Source: Octopus bimaculoides
Taxonomy: Eukaryota
Assembly (NCBI RefSeq): GCF_001194135.2
Contig: NC_068993.1
Location: 25,453,258-25,517,257 of the forward strand
Direction of reading: 5' to 3'
DNA: 64,000 nucleotides
This document shows, one piece after another, positions 1 to 12,519 of the stretch. Position numbers and translations under genes: made by a program. A model generated the notes under the pieces. That model made no database searches, had not been told where the DNA came from, and worked only from the letters and a program-made list of their open reading frames with translations. Every line of letters begins with the position of its first letter. The first letter of the stretch is position 1.

Positions 1-186
1 ACGTAAAAGCACCCACTACACTCTCTGAGTGGTTGGCGTTAGGAAGGGCATCCAGCTGTAGAAACTCTGCCAAATTAGACTGGAGCCTGGTGTTGCCATC
101 TGGTTTCACCAGTCCTCAGTCAAATCGTCCAACCCATGCTAGCATGGAAAGCGGACGTTAAACGATGATGATGATGATGATGATAT
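1..186 (+). mobile_element. SINE/RTE-X 3' tail ending in (GAT)n
   Basis: acgtaaaagcacccactacactctctgagtggttggcgttaggaagggcatcc...aacccatgctagcatggaaagcggacgttaaacgatgatgat; CpGs retained (young). Other copies at ~6545-6680(-), 10320-10450(-), 28830-28980(-), 41870-42090(+), 46890-47100(-). Confidence 0.75.
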
Positions 187-188
187 AT

Positions 189-686
189 GTACGACGGACT
201 TCTTTCAGTTTCTGTCTACCAAATCCACTCACAAGGCTTTAGTCAGCCTGAAGCTATAGTAGAAGACACTTGTCCAAGGTGCCATGCAGTAAGACTGAAC
301 CTGGAACCATGTGGTTGGGAATCAAGCTTCTTATCACACAGCCACTCGTTTTATTTTTTTATCTTTCTTCTATCAGTCTTAGTCATTTAACTGTGGTTAT
401 ACTGGGACACCACCCTGAAGAACCCCCAGCTAAATGAATCAACCTCAATACCTTTTTTTTTTAAAGACTGGTACTTATTTTATCAATCTCTTCGCTGCTG
501 AACCACTAAGTCATGAGAATGCAAACAACACTGACCATCAGGCAGTGGTGAGGGACAAACACAGATACAACGACACACACATATGTGATGGACTTCTTTC
601 AGTTTCCATCTACCAAATCCACTCAAGGATTTGGTTGGCCAGAGGACACTTGCCCAAGGTACCATGTAGTGAGGCTTCTTATTTGC
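189..686 (-). mobile_element. Cluster of tRNA-derived SINE fragments
   Basis: Reverse-strand copies of the family core ctttcagtttc..ctaccaaatccactcacaaggcttt..gctatagtagaagacacttgcccaaggtgcc, which recurs more than 10 times in the window. Confidence 0.75.
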
Positions 687-1807
687 TTTTCATTTGACGT
701 GTTAGTGTTAATTATTTATATATTTGTGATTTGTTTTCTGAGGATTAGTATGTTTGTATATTTCCAAATAGCATTAGACTACATTTTTTTGATACTGTTT
801 GATATCATTAGAAGTAGTGACCCTGCCTTTAGTTGTAGAAATTACAATGATATCCAATTGACAGCTGATGAGGGATGCACCTCAGTTATGTTAAACATGC
901 TTTGTATTTTCTAATTAATGTCTCTGCTCATTGTTACTGTCCTGTTTGATTTATTATTCTTACTTAGATTAGTGAAAGTCTTTATTTCTTATTTTTTTAT
1001 TGCTCTTGGTATTAGAATTAGAGGTTAGGAAATTTTATATGGATACTCATCCATCTATCCATTCATGAGTTTGATTGCTAGACCAAGTAACACATTATAT
1101 CCCTGAGTATAGCACTTCATTTCACTTAGGTCCAAACTCTTGAGCTAAAAATGAGTACCAGGTCAGAGATGGTGCGGCTCTTTATTTCTCCAGCCGTTCC
1201 ACCCTTGGTGTTCCAATGGATCAAAAGTGGAAGGGTTGCGAGAGAGAGAGTCTATGTCTAGCTGTGACTGCAGAGATACCTAAAACAATTGGTGAAGGCA
1301 TGGTTCAGGCTACCAAGTTATGCTTGTAAGTGATGTCAATGGCTTTATACATCTTTTATCTTTTACTTGTTTCAGTCATTTGACAGTAGCCATGCTGGTG
1401 CACTACCTTGAAATCAACTCCAGGACTTATTAGTCTATTGACAAAATTCCATCTGGAAACATGTAACTCTTCTTCAAATATACTCAAGTCCTGATGATAT
1501 TCTACCCAATATTATTCAAAATGCTATCTTTTTCTCGTCAATGGATTTATTCCAATTTTTTAAATTTTCAATTTACATATTGGACTGAATTGAAATGTAC
1601 ATAGGTTTGGTATTTTTGGTAGTATGTTAATAAATTAGTTTTACATCGTCTCCAACTCTCCATTCTTCTTATTTAATCATATTTATACATATTGTAATCC
1701 CATACATATCAAAGAGAATTTTCCTCAACGTTATTGGAGATTAAACCAGTAAAATTTTGGATGTAGTAATCCCGTATGAGGGCAAGATATCCTCGCATTG
1801 ACTATAT

Positions 1808-1851
<44 letters not shown>

Positions 1852-2147
1852 GACAAGCTTCTTTCAGTTTCGGTTTACCAAATCCACTCACAAGGCTTTG
1901 GTTGGTCTGATGCTTTAGTAGAAGACATTTGCCCAAGGTGCCAAGCCATGGGACTGAACCTGGAACCATCTGGCTGAGAACCAAACTTCTTACCTTATAG
2001 TTACACCTGTTTCTATATAAAGAAAATATATTTTTAAAGTCGTTAAATATTTAAAAGAATTATACAAAACAGAAAATGTCACAAACTTTCCAGAAAGAAA
2101 TTTTCATATAGTGTGTATTTTGTGTGTAAGCACTTTCATTCATGTAT

Positions 2148-3725
2148 TGTGGTATGACGTCAGTGTCTGGGGAGGCTGACCGGAAGGGCGAGTCGACCGG
2201 AAGAGGAAACAGGGCAGAGGGAGCCTCGATCGGCGTTCGTGCCCTTTTCGAACGGGGCTGCGGTCAGGACAAGACGTGTTAAGCGACGGTCTAGGTTTGG
2301 AAGAAGCAGCTGCTATACCTGGTGTACCTTGGGTCGGGGCAAGCTTCAAGGATCGGATACCGCAAGACGGACTCGCAGTCGAGGTAAGGCGATTACATCT
2401 CGTACGCACACACCACAAGCTATTTCGGCACCACGTGCAGAAATTCGCCGCGATGGCAGCCACCAAGATTAGGATCGCCAGCGATGTGATCAGGCCTTTT
2501 AATGGCGAAGGAGATGTGATGGCTTGGATACGAAAAATTAAGCTCGTTGCCAAGCTGCAAGGAATAAGCGATGTGGCGAGTCTCATGGCTCTGTACTTGG
2601 AAGGGAGCGCCCTGACCCTCTACCTAGAAATGGACGAGGAAGAAAGATTGAGTGCAGAGAACGTCGAACGGAGGCTGAGAGAGGCATATACGGAGAGCGA
2701 GTACGCTGCCTTCGTAAAACTAGGAACGATTAGATGGGNNNNNNNNNNACGAGTAGATGTAATCGCCTTACCTCAGTTTTCCTTGTATTACATCATTCTC
2801 ACAGGATTCGATACGTATATGTTTAGAAATACTTTCGGCGGAGTTTTCCATCTCGGAACCACTCAATGTATCTGAGTGATAATTAACAGTTTTTTCTATT
2901 CGATGCAACTGCTTTTGTTTGAAGTTTTTGGACAATGTTTTAATGATTAACTGGCTTTCGTTATTTACTAGTTTAATATGAAATACAAATAATATTCCAC
3001 GAAAACTTGGATCAAACCTCACTGGACTTTTGTGGGGAACAGATGACTTCCTCCGGTTCACTTTAACATCTGATGTTGGAGGAGAAGGTGAAGAATAGAT
3101 CGAAGTCGGGGAAGAAGGAAGGTTGAAGGTGGGACTTGTAAACAACAAAGGGGAAGCCTGTTGTTCCTCCAAACGGTCCTGAGAAGGTCGTGGTATGCCT
3201 TTCGCCTCCTTTAATCGCTTGACATACGAAAAGCGGTCGGAAAATAGATGCGTTGAAATTCTAACAATGTCTGTGGATGGAATGCCGCGTCACGTGCTGG
3301 ATCTGCGCAGGATTGCCACTTCGTCGGATGAAGATTGCGATGGAAACGAGCCACCTAGCTTGAGAAGATCTCAACGTGTAGGGCGCCCGCCCGGTTGGAT
3401 GGCGGACTTCGAATTGGAGTAGGGGTGAACGTGATCTTTAAGATCAGGGTGGCGTGTGGTATGACGTCAGTGTCTGGGGAGGCTGACCGGAAGGGGAAAC
3501 AGGGCAGAGGGAGCCTCGATCGGCGTTCGTGCCCTTTTCGAACGGGGCTGCGGTCAGGTCAAGACGTGTTAAGCGACGGTCTAGGTTTGGGAGAAGCAGC
3601 TGCTATACCTGGTGTACCTTGGGTCGGGGCAAGCTTCAAGGATCGGATACCGCAAGACGGACTCGCAGTCGAGGAAAGGAAAACCGAGGTAAGGCGATTA
3701 CATCTACTCGTACGCACACACCACG
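2148..3725 (+). mobile_element. Young Ty3/Gypsy LTR retrotransposon (internal region largely missing or unassembled)
   Basis: LTRs at 2148-2417 and 3455-3725 (TGTGGT...ACCACA inverted termini; last base G in the 3' LTR). 5-bp TSD TGTAT at 2143-2147 and 3726-3730. Gag start ATG 2453 (MAATKIRIASDVIRPFNGEGDVMAWIRKIKLVAKLQ..LYLEGSAL). Pol C-terminus SVDGMPRHVLDLRR..RRSQRVGRPPGWMADF* ends at 3422. 10-N gap inside. Confidence 0.92.
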
Positions 3726-4236
3726 TGTATTTAAAAAGTTGAACAATATTTACACACAAAATACAAACTAAATGAAAACTTTGTTCCCAAAGGTTTTCGA
3801 CATTCTGCTTTTTAAATATATATATATATTTGAATACTTTATAACCTTTAAAAGCATTTTCTTTAAACAGTTTGATTATATCAAGCAGTTTATTCAAAAA
3901 CTTTTAACTATTGGTGACACATAAAAGGTACCTGTATTGGTGGTGGTGGAAGCTGAAAGAAGCCCACTGTGTGTGTTGATACCCACTGTTGACAACCACT
4001 TTGGGGTGTTTCTGTCCCCATAACTTAGCAGTTTGGCAAAGTCAACCAATAAAATAAGTACCAAGCTGAAAAAAAGAAGTACTGGGGTTGATTCATTCAA
4101 GTAAAATTCTTTGAGGCAGTGTCTCAACATGGCCGTCTGAAACAAGTATTTTTCTAAGTTGATATACACTAGGTCCAAATCTGGATTACGTAGCTGTAAA
4201 CAGAGTTTCTTAAACAGCCGTGCCTGCATCATTTAA

Positions 4237-4385
4237 CCCTTTAGCATTCAGATTATTCTGTCAAATGTAATGCTTATTTATTCACTTTATTTTTAGAATG
4301 ATATTGTATGGAACATGTGACAGGTTGAATCTAGCCAGCTTGAACACACATGTAGAATATTTGGGCCAGTTTAAATATATAAGGG
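4237..4385. mobile_element. piggyBac-type MITE (internally deleted copy)
   Basis: TTAA|CCCTTT...AAAGGG|TTAA termini; same family as 23642-23855, 36551-36758 and ~43770-43980. Confidence 0.75.
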
Positions 4386-5251
4386 TTAAATATAAATATA
4401 TTTGTTTATGATGGGAAAGTAAATTCACTAAAGGAACATTGTGAAGATAGAATAAAAACAACACATTTCTTGATACTATCACAGATATTCATGTGATTAC
4501 ATATATAACCTTTACTTTTTTTTTATTCACCAGTTTTAGTGCACATTGGGTATTCCTGTAAATTTACTGACTTTTGATTTGGGATTTTGAATCCTAAATC
4601 CTATTACACATGGTCTCCATTTCACAAATACCATTGCATGGAAGGATATGAATTTATAATTTCCATTATTTTAATATCCTATATCTTTTGTCTCTTTTTT
4701 TCAGTCACATGTCCACATGAATACACACACACACAGTCATGCACATTTTCCCTATTTTGTCATGTATGATATGATTTTACAAGTTAGGCCAATTTCTTTC
4801 TTTTTTTTTTACAGCTGGAGATCATTTTTACTGCTAGCCATTTAATTATGAGACAGTTGGGTTGTACCTTATTGTCAACAAGAGAGATGGCAGCCTACTG
4901 AATAATATTTCCTTTCCATGTAAGAAGATAAAAGCTGTGTCCAGTAATCCAATACATTAACCTCACAACCAGTTCCACCCATCATGCAATTCTTGACATG
5001 ACACCAATCAGATGACACATTTCTGCAGAACTGCAAAGCCATTTTTATTTTTCTGAAGTATTGTGATATCTCCCCATGACTGTAAACATTGATATTTTCC
5101 CTGGAACCAATGTCTAACTTTCAACACCTTCTGAATGATAATTCCACAGCAATCAGATGAGTTAATCTCACAACAGCCAAATAAGAAATATAAAACTCAT
5201 TGAACACACACAAAAAAAACATAACTACATTATGTTTAATTTTAAATGCAA

Positions 5252-5257
5252 TTTATT
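5252..5257 (-). terminator. Candidate polyadenylation signal (AATAAA) for the minus-strand gene
   Basis: tttatt on plus about 460 nt past the stop; a second AATAAA lies at 5044-5049. AT-rich DNA makes chance matches likely. Confidence 0.3.
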
Positions 5258-5713
5258 CTCTTTTGTTCAGTTACCACTACATAGCCATAAGTTACTGCTA
5301 CACTACCACTGGTTACTGCTATATACAAAGCACCAATATAATCATTCCTTTAATAGAATACTGCAACATAATAACAACCAGATAGTGTTTCATTCAAGAG
5401 AAGATAAACAGATGTGGTTGTAGCAGGAGATAAGTGTGTAGTAGTTATGGGGGATAGTTATAATAATAATAATAGGTAGAGGTGGGTAGTTGAAGCAGTA
5501 GTTAGGGTGGTAGAGTGGAATAATTATAACAGTAATTGTGACAGCAGTGTAGGGTAATTATAAAAATGGTTGTGGAGGGTAGAGTGGTTTAGTTACATAA
5601 GTGGTTGTTAGGAGTAGTTATAATAGGGATTATGGTATAGTCGTAGCTATAGTGGTTATGGGATAGTTATAATAGAAGTTAAGTAGACATAGTAACAGGC
5701 CTTAAGAATTCTT

Positions 5714-5886
5714 TTATTGAGAAATGCTAACACAGTGTCTTTGATTCTTTGCTCCTGCAGCAAGTGTAGTTTTTCCAACAGGACATGGTTTGCAGAAAGT
5801 CTTCTCCCATTTGTTCTGGAAGGTCCCTATTGCACATGGCTCACAAACAGTGGCAGTTCGCCGGAAACTTCCTGGCTTACACATAT
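5714..5886 (-). CDS. Exon 14 (last coding exon): ephrin-receptor-like (GCC2/GCC3-type) cysteine-rich repeat, then TAA stop
   Basis: Acceptor tttctgacag at 5887-5888. Reads (D)MCKPGSFRRTATVCEPCAIGTFQNKWEKTFCKPCPVGKTTLAAGAKNQRHCVSISQ*, with C.PC..GTFQ.......C.PCP.G.TT...GA.....C. Stop at 5714-5716. Confidence 0.93.
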
Positions 5887-6937
5887 CTGTCAGAAATTGA
5901 AAGAATATTTAATCAATACATACAGAATCAACATAGGAAATATGGTCAACATAATAAAACATTAAGTAAACTCATAATAATTGCAGATAATGAACATAAT
6001 AAATGTAAACAAATATTGATAATTAGATATAGATATTTAACATTTGTTGACCAAATCAGCATAATAAATAATCAACATCATAATGTATTTTATAAACTAC
6101 ATTATAAATCTTAAACTTGGTGGTAGCACTCTGTTCTGCAGTATACAGTCACTGATACTCTATTCCACTATAAATATGGTGTATCAGGGAACATATTGTA
6201 GATGTACAGCGAAAGATTTCAGTTGTAATTGTAATAAATATATACCATTACAAAATTTGAAGAAGTGAATATAACTGTACATGTGTATTTCAAACTGATA
6301 TCCTGACTCTCCACTAATGCAATTATAAATGACATTTGTCCACTAAAGCAGAAGTGAATTATAATGTATATATAATATAAAAATATATAATTCTTAAAAT
6401 GTATATAAAAAATTTTTAAATGTTACATTATTATATATATTTATATATATTGGTAATAAATAGATATAAATACATAAAAATGATTTATAGTAATAATGAT
6501 AATTGTTGTCATCATCATCAACATGATACAAGGCCAGCAATTTTGAATCATCATCATCATCATTTAATACTCGTTTTCCCTGCTGGCATGGGTTGGACAG
6601 TTCAATTGCAAACTGGTAAGCTGGGGAGTTGCACCAGGTTCCAATCAGATTTGACATGGTTTCTACATTTGCACGAGAGCCTAGTTTTTTATATCTTTTA
6701 CCTATTTCAGTCATTTGACTGCAGCCATGTCGGGGCACAACTTTGAAGGGTTTTAGTCAAACAAATAGACGCCAGGACTTTTATTTTGAAAGCCTGATAC
6801 TTATTCTATCAATCTCTTTTGTCAAACCACTAAGTTATGGGGACATAAACACACCAACACCAGTTTTCAAGCAGTGGTGGGGGACATACGATGATGCAAA
6901 GACACACACACACACATAGAGATATATATATATATAC

Positions 6938-6972
<35 letters not shown>

Positions 6973-7009
6973 AAAAAAACAACAAAGTGAGGACGTGATA
7001 TGGATAGTA

Positions 7010-7310
7010 NNNNNNNNNNNNNNNNNNNNNNNNNNNNNNNNNNNNNNNNNNNNNNNNNNNNNNNNNNNNNNNNNNNNNNNNNNNNNNNNNNNNNNNNNNN
7101 NNNNNNNNNNNNNNNNNNNNNNNNNNNNNNNNNNNNNNNNNNNNNNNNNNNNNNNNNNNNNNNNNNNNNNNNNNNNNNNNNNNNNNNNNNNNNNNNNNNN
7201 NNNNNNNNNNNNNNNNNNNNNNNNNNNNNNNNNNNNNNNNNNNNNNNNNNNNNNNNNNNNNNNNNNNNNNNNNNNNNNNNNNNNNNNNNNNNNNNNNNNN
7301 NNNNNNNNNN
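7010..7310. other. Assembly gap (N run); other gaps at 2739-2748, 25765-25774 and 49884-50222
   Basis: N characters in the sequence; an exon hidden in a gap cannot be excluded. Confidence 1.
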
Positions 7311-8947
7311 TCATTGTTGATCCCCAATTCATGATCTCAAATGAAACACAAAATAGTCTATACATACATACGCACACATATACACACACACAACAGACTA
7401 CTTTCAGTTTCCATATACCAAATCCACTCACAAGGCTTTAGTTGGCCCAAGGCTATAGTAGAAGACACTTGCCCATGGTGCCATGCAATAGGACTGAACT
7501 TGGAATCATGTGGATGGGAAGCAAGTTTCTTACCACACAGCCACTCAACTCCAGTACTTCACAAGTACTTTATTTTATCAACCTCAAAAGGATGAAAATT
7601 GATCTTGGCAGGATTTTAACTCAGAGTATAAAGACCCAGAACAAACACTGATGTTCTGGTAATTTTGCCATTTCAAACAATCCTTTCTATTATGAGCACA
7701 AGGCCTGAAATTTTGTGGGGAGGGGCGACTTGATTACATCGACCCCAGTGCTCAAATGATAGTCATTTTTATCAACCCCAAAAGAATGAAAGGTAAAGTC
7801 AACCTTAGTGGAACTTGAACTCAGAACATAATGACATGAGATACTGCTAAGCATTTTGTCAGGCATGATAATAATTCTTTCTACTGTAGACACAAAGCAA
7901 GAAATTTTGAGGGAGGGGTAAGTCGATCACACTGACTCAAGTACTTGACTGGTACTTAATTCATTGACCCCAAAAGGATGAAAGGCAAAGTTAAGTTGAC
8001 CTTGACAGAATTTGAACTCAGTCGACTTCAGTGGAATTTTAAAGACACGAAATGCTATTAAACATCTTGCCCAGAGTGCTAACGATTCTGCCAGCTCACA
8101 GTGTTAATAATAATAATAATAACAATAAATGCATGTAAAGCATGAGCAAAAATGAGTGAATGATGAAGCCTGTACACAAGCAAAGATCTTATTGATAGCA
8201 AGGACATTTCTCAAGAGTTGAAAGATTAATAGTGTGTGAAGTAGGAAAACAAGATTTTGGTAGTTCCAACTGTAAGGAAAGAACACTGATGATAACTCAA
8301 ACAGGAAAGAAACTTGATATAATAAAGTATTTATTAATGTTTCTGTTATATTTGAGAAATTTTGATTGAGTCGGAGAGGTTGCTCTTTTTAAAGATGGAA
8401 TACATGGTAGCATACTTTTAAAAGTTGAGATAAATCTCTGTTGAGCGAAAGACCGAAAAGCTAGGTCTTGAGGAGTGCATTGTCTGAGGGTAATGGTAGA
8501 AACATTATCATGACCAGTATCTTATTTGTTAATGATGATCAGAGATGTGTACATTTTGGTGAGACAAGTAGATTACAAAAGTACAGCTTTGGGAAACAAA
8601 TTGTTGTCTGAGTAGGCTTTGGGGCTGGATGTAAAATGAAGAACATCAAATTCCAAACCAGCAGAAGTGGGGCCAACACCATCACCACTACTTCTGTCAT
8701 CAGCATCGTACTCCCCCCCACTCTTCCATCATCATCATCATCATCACTGTCGTCGTTGTCACCACTACCAACAACAACGTTTTATGCCCACTTTTCCATG
8801 TTAACGGGTTGAATGGTGTTTTATTGCTGCATGCTCTTCTTACTGTCAACTGTTTTACTCACCTTTCACAACATATGGTGTGTCTATTCTAAAACTGGGA
8901 TACACATAGCATAAAGCAGTAATAGAAAAAAGAAGAAAAGCATTTAC

Positions 8948-9145
8948 CTATGCAATGCGTAAGTTGAATAGGTGGAATATTCCACTTGTTTGAGTTAGGA
9001 GGACATTGGAATACAAATTTGGTATGATTGTGTGGAAAACGGAAATATGAATTACATCCTGCTGTGCATGTTTGTGCATCATCATCAGTGTAACTGCAAC
9101 GTAGGTAACCATTTTGTGGTTTGACTAATTCTGGACATCTTCCAT
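8948..9145 (-). CDS. Exon 13: sushi/CCP-like domain (CCP-6)
   Basis: 198 nt, phase 1-1; ctttaccag / G|gtaaat. Reads (H)GRCPELVKPQNGYLRCSYTDDDAQTCTAGCNSYFRFPHNHTKFVFQCPPNSNKWNIPPIQLTHCI. Confidence 0.9.
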
Positions 9146-9754
9146 CTGGTAAAGCAACAAAAAAGCATTAATATTTATAATAACTTATGAGCTAAATATA
9201 ATCCATGGTAAAACACATGACTCTAGCTAACTTTGTCCACTTAATTTTCATAGGTCTCATGGATAGTTACACACTACATTATAGAACGAAAGAGGCTGTA
9301 ATTAAAGCGTATGTCGAATCTGCGGTGCTGGAGTCATAAGAAATTGATGCAAAGTTGATTCAATATATTGATCCTAGAAATATCTATGCATGTATTTGTC
9401 TGCAGAATAAGCAATTTTGTTGGCTCAGAGAGAGAGGGAGTAAGAAAGAGAGAGATGGTTCAAATAGTCACTCTAATGAAAATAATCTGTAAACAGATGA
9501 CTATACAATAACTATTAATGAACAAATATCAATGTAGATTCTTAAACTTAAATTTTACGAAAGCTATTTAACTGTAATGTTCAAAGTCTTCTGAGATTAA
9601 ACCATGGCAGAATGTCTATGAAGATAATCCAAAGTTATAAGAACTCCTATGATGATTTTAAGACATAAAAGTGTAGCACCTCTAGATAGTTATAGAAAAC
9701 TAAAAGGATGGATGTGATAGGTACAAACCATAACAGTAGATTAAATTAACTTAC

Positions 9755-9860
9755 GTTTTATGTCCACCATAAATATACACCTTGCAAAGTTATTTTCACT
9801 ATCTCGACCTGTGTAAATGACTTGGTTCATTCCAAAATCCATTTCACTTTCTTCTGGGAC
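9755..9860 (-). CDS. Exon 12: C-terminal half of HYR domain 2
   Basis: 106 nt, phase 0-1; ttccatttag / C|gtaagt. Reads VPEESEMDFGMNQVIYTGRDSENNFARCIFMVDIK (F.G...V.Y...D...N...C.F.V); joins exon 11 in frame. Confidence 0.92.
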
Positions 9861-9919
9861 CTAAATGGAATGAAATAGAAATTTTAATTTTAATTTCAAG
9901 AAAATCATTGTTCATGTCA

Positions 9920-9950
<31 letters not shown>

Positions 9951-9952
<2 letters not shown>

Positions 9953-10305
9953 AGGCACAAGTGTGGTTGTATGGTATGTAGTTTGCCTCCCAGCCACATG
10001 GTTCTGGGTTAACCCCCCCCCCCCACTGTGTGGAACCTTGGGTAAATATCGTCTATTGTAGCCTTGTGAGTGGATTTGGTAGACATAAACTGTCTATATA
10101 TGTGTGTGTCTTTGTGTCTGTGTTTGTCCCTCACCACAATTTGACAACCAGTGTTGATGTGCTTATGTCCCCATAACTTAGCAGCCTGCAGAAGAAATCG
10201 ATAGAATAAGTACCAGAAAATAAATACTGGAGGTCAATTAGTCTGACTAAAATTCCTCAAGGCAGTGCTCCAGCATGGCCATAATCTAATGACTGAAGAT
10301 AAAAG
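9951..10305 (+). mobile_element. Composite tRNA-derived SINE (head, core, microsatellite, tail)
   Basis: A-box-like tggttgtatggta, B-box-like ggttctgggttaa, core gccttgtgagtggatttggtagac, tail ...cagcatggcc..atgactgaa. Confidence 0.75.
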
Positions 10306-10664
10306 ATACATATAAGTGGAGATCATCATTGTTTTAACATCCACTTTTCCATGCTCACATGGACTGGACAGAATTTGTTGAAGTACATTTTCTACAGCCT
10401 GTAGCCCTTCCTGTTTCCAAGTAAGGCAATATTTCCACATAGCTGGACATACTTTCATGAAAGTTTGGAAATGAAGGACACTGCTTGTGTTTACAAGGAG
10501 ACACTAACTTAAACGCAGACATACAGAAATATGTATGCATATATATATATATATGTATGTATTTATATATATGTGTGTGTGTGTGTATATATATATATGA
10601 TGGACTTCTTTTGTCTATCAATCAAATCCACCGGGTTATAGTAGAAGACCCATGCCCATATACT

Positions 10665-11015
10665 CTTTTACTCGTTTCAGTCATTTGACTGCGGCCATGC
10701 TGGAGCACCACCTTTAGTCAAGCAAATCAACCCTAGAGCTTATTCTTTGTAAGCCTAGTACTTTTTCTATTGGGTTTCTTTTACTGAACCGCTAAGTTAG
10801 GGGGACATAAACACAGCAGCATCGGTTGCCAAGCGATGCTGGCGGGGACATACATATACAACAGGCTTCTTGCAGTTTCCATCTACCAAATCCATTCACA
10901 AAGCTTTGGTCAGCCTGAAGCTATAGTAGAAGACACTTGGCCAAGGTGCTATGCAGTGGGACTGAACCCAGGACCATGTGGTTGGTAAGCGAGCTACTTA
11001 CCACACAACCACTCA
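10665..11015 (-). mobile_element. Composite tRNA-derived SINE, inverted relative to 9951-10305
   Basis: Full reverse-complement copy of the same family. Confidence 0.8.
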
Positions 11016-11085
11016 TATATATATATAAGAAAATAAAACGAATGGTTTATATCTGGTATCTTCCATGTTCCATCTCTCATTCATC

Positions 11086-11120
<35 letters not shown>

Positions 11121-12519
11121 AAGACAGATTGAGAGAGTTTAAAAGTAAATGCAATGCAAATTTGAAACCAGAAGAAAAACAGAGCAACAGTTTGCCCTTT
11201 ATCTTATATTTCATTAGTTTGGAAGTGAACAGATGTTCATCAGTTTATCTTTTGTATTGATGTGAGAGTGAGGTTGTGACAGGCTGGCCTTGTTACAGCA
11301 ACCAATCTACTCTACATAACTGTTTTTAAGGGATGAGTTCATTTTACTAATGAAGATGTGGTGCTTCCTACACTGGAAGCCCCATCTAAAAACAATATAT
11401 CCACATCTAGGGAAATCTAAAGGAGCAAAGCTTCCGCACAAATTATAGATGGATATCTATTATCTAATGGAATCTTTTGGAGTAGCTTGAAGTTAATGGT
11501 TATATTTACTGCCTCATCAATCATAAGTATACATGGTATACATTAAAAAAGGATGATGATGCAATCCTTCTAATACAAGAGGATCTCCATCCAGGGTCCC
11601 AACCATCCTAAATCTCACTGAACACCAAGGGCAAGTGTCCTCTCCAAATGTCGTTCTCTAACTTACAGGCTTATACTCAGTCTTTCATTCACTTTCACCC
11701 CTTTTTCAATAAATTCACTCATGGACGGTACTTCCCTCTCCAACCTTACTTCATTTACAAGTGAAACTAGAAAAAGTTTATGAAAGACTGACCAAAGAAG
11801 AGAATGTCCTCAAACCTTTCAACCACAACGCAACCTCATTTGCTGTAGTCACCAGTCAGAGGGAAACCAACTTCCCTGCTTAAGCCTTGGCAATCCTCAT
11901 GATAAACTCAGGTGACAGCTACATCCATCTGATATGTAACAACAATAATGTTCAGACACTAAATGACTGCATACAACATAGTTTTGTCACTCTGTACACA
12001 TCACAGATAAGGGCTATCTGAAAGCACTTACATGCCTGCAGAGCAGGGCTGGTCCTAGAGTTGCTCGTGCCCCAGGAAAGCTGCACTTTGGTGTGTACAA
12101 GCTGATGGTTGTGGAAATTCCCTTGTCTTTGTCATGCCCTCCTTGGTTCCCCCTAGCACAAGGTGCCCCGGGCAACTACCCAAGTTGCTGGTACCTTGAG
12201 CTGGCTTAGCCACAGAGTTTCTCAAACATGTTGTCCTTGGTAGCACTGCCAAGCTAAGGATTTTAAAAAGTTGTCCATAGCCATCCCCTACTTGGAAGTC
12301 TTCTGAAACAGACCAGTCACCTTGTTTCTAATGCCATCCAGAACTTCTCTGAAGACATCATTGCTTTCTCCTCTACTAATTCTCTTTAGGTTGCAAGAGT
12401 GGACCTTACAACAATCTCATTGCTTGACTGGGGATTGATGACGTTCTATATGCCAAGTGCCTTTTCTTCATCTAAACTTCACCCAAGACTGTAACTCTAT
12501 AAAAGAAAGTCATACTTCA

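Noticed and set aside
2276-2875. 199-aa host gene
   Set aside because: The frame starts inside the LTR, is Gypsy gag from 2453, and crosses an N gap into unrelated sequence.
5270-5700. Hairpin in the putative 3' UTR (ACT-rich half facing a TAG-rich half)
   Set aside because: The complementarity is only compositional, from decayed trinucleotide repeats; I could not align a specific stem.
6830-7441. Long ORFs in the track (also 49696-50345)
   Set aside because: They are artefacts of reading through N runs.
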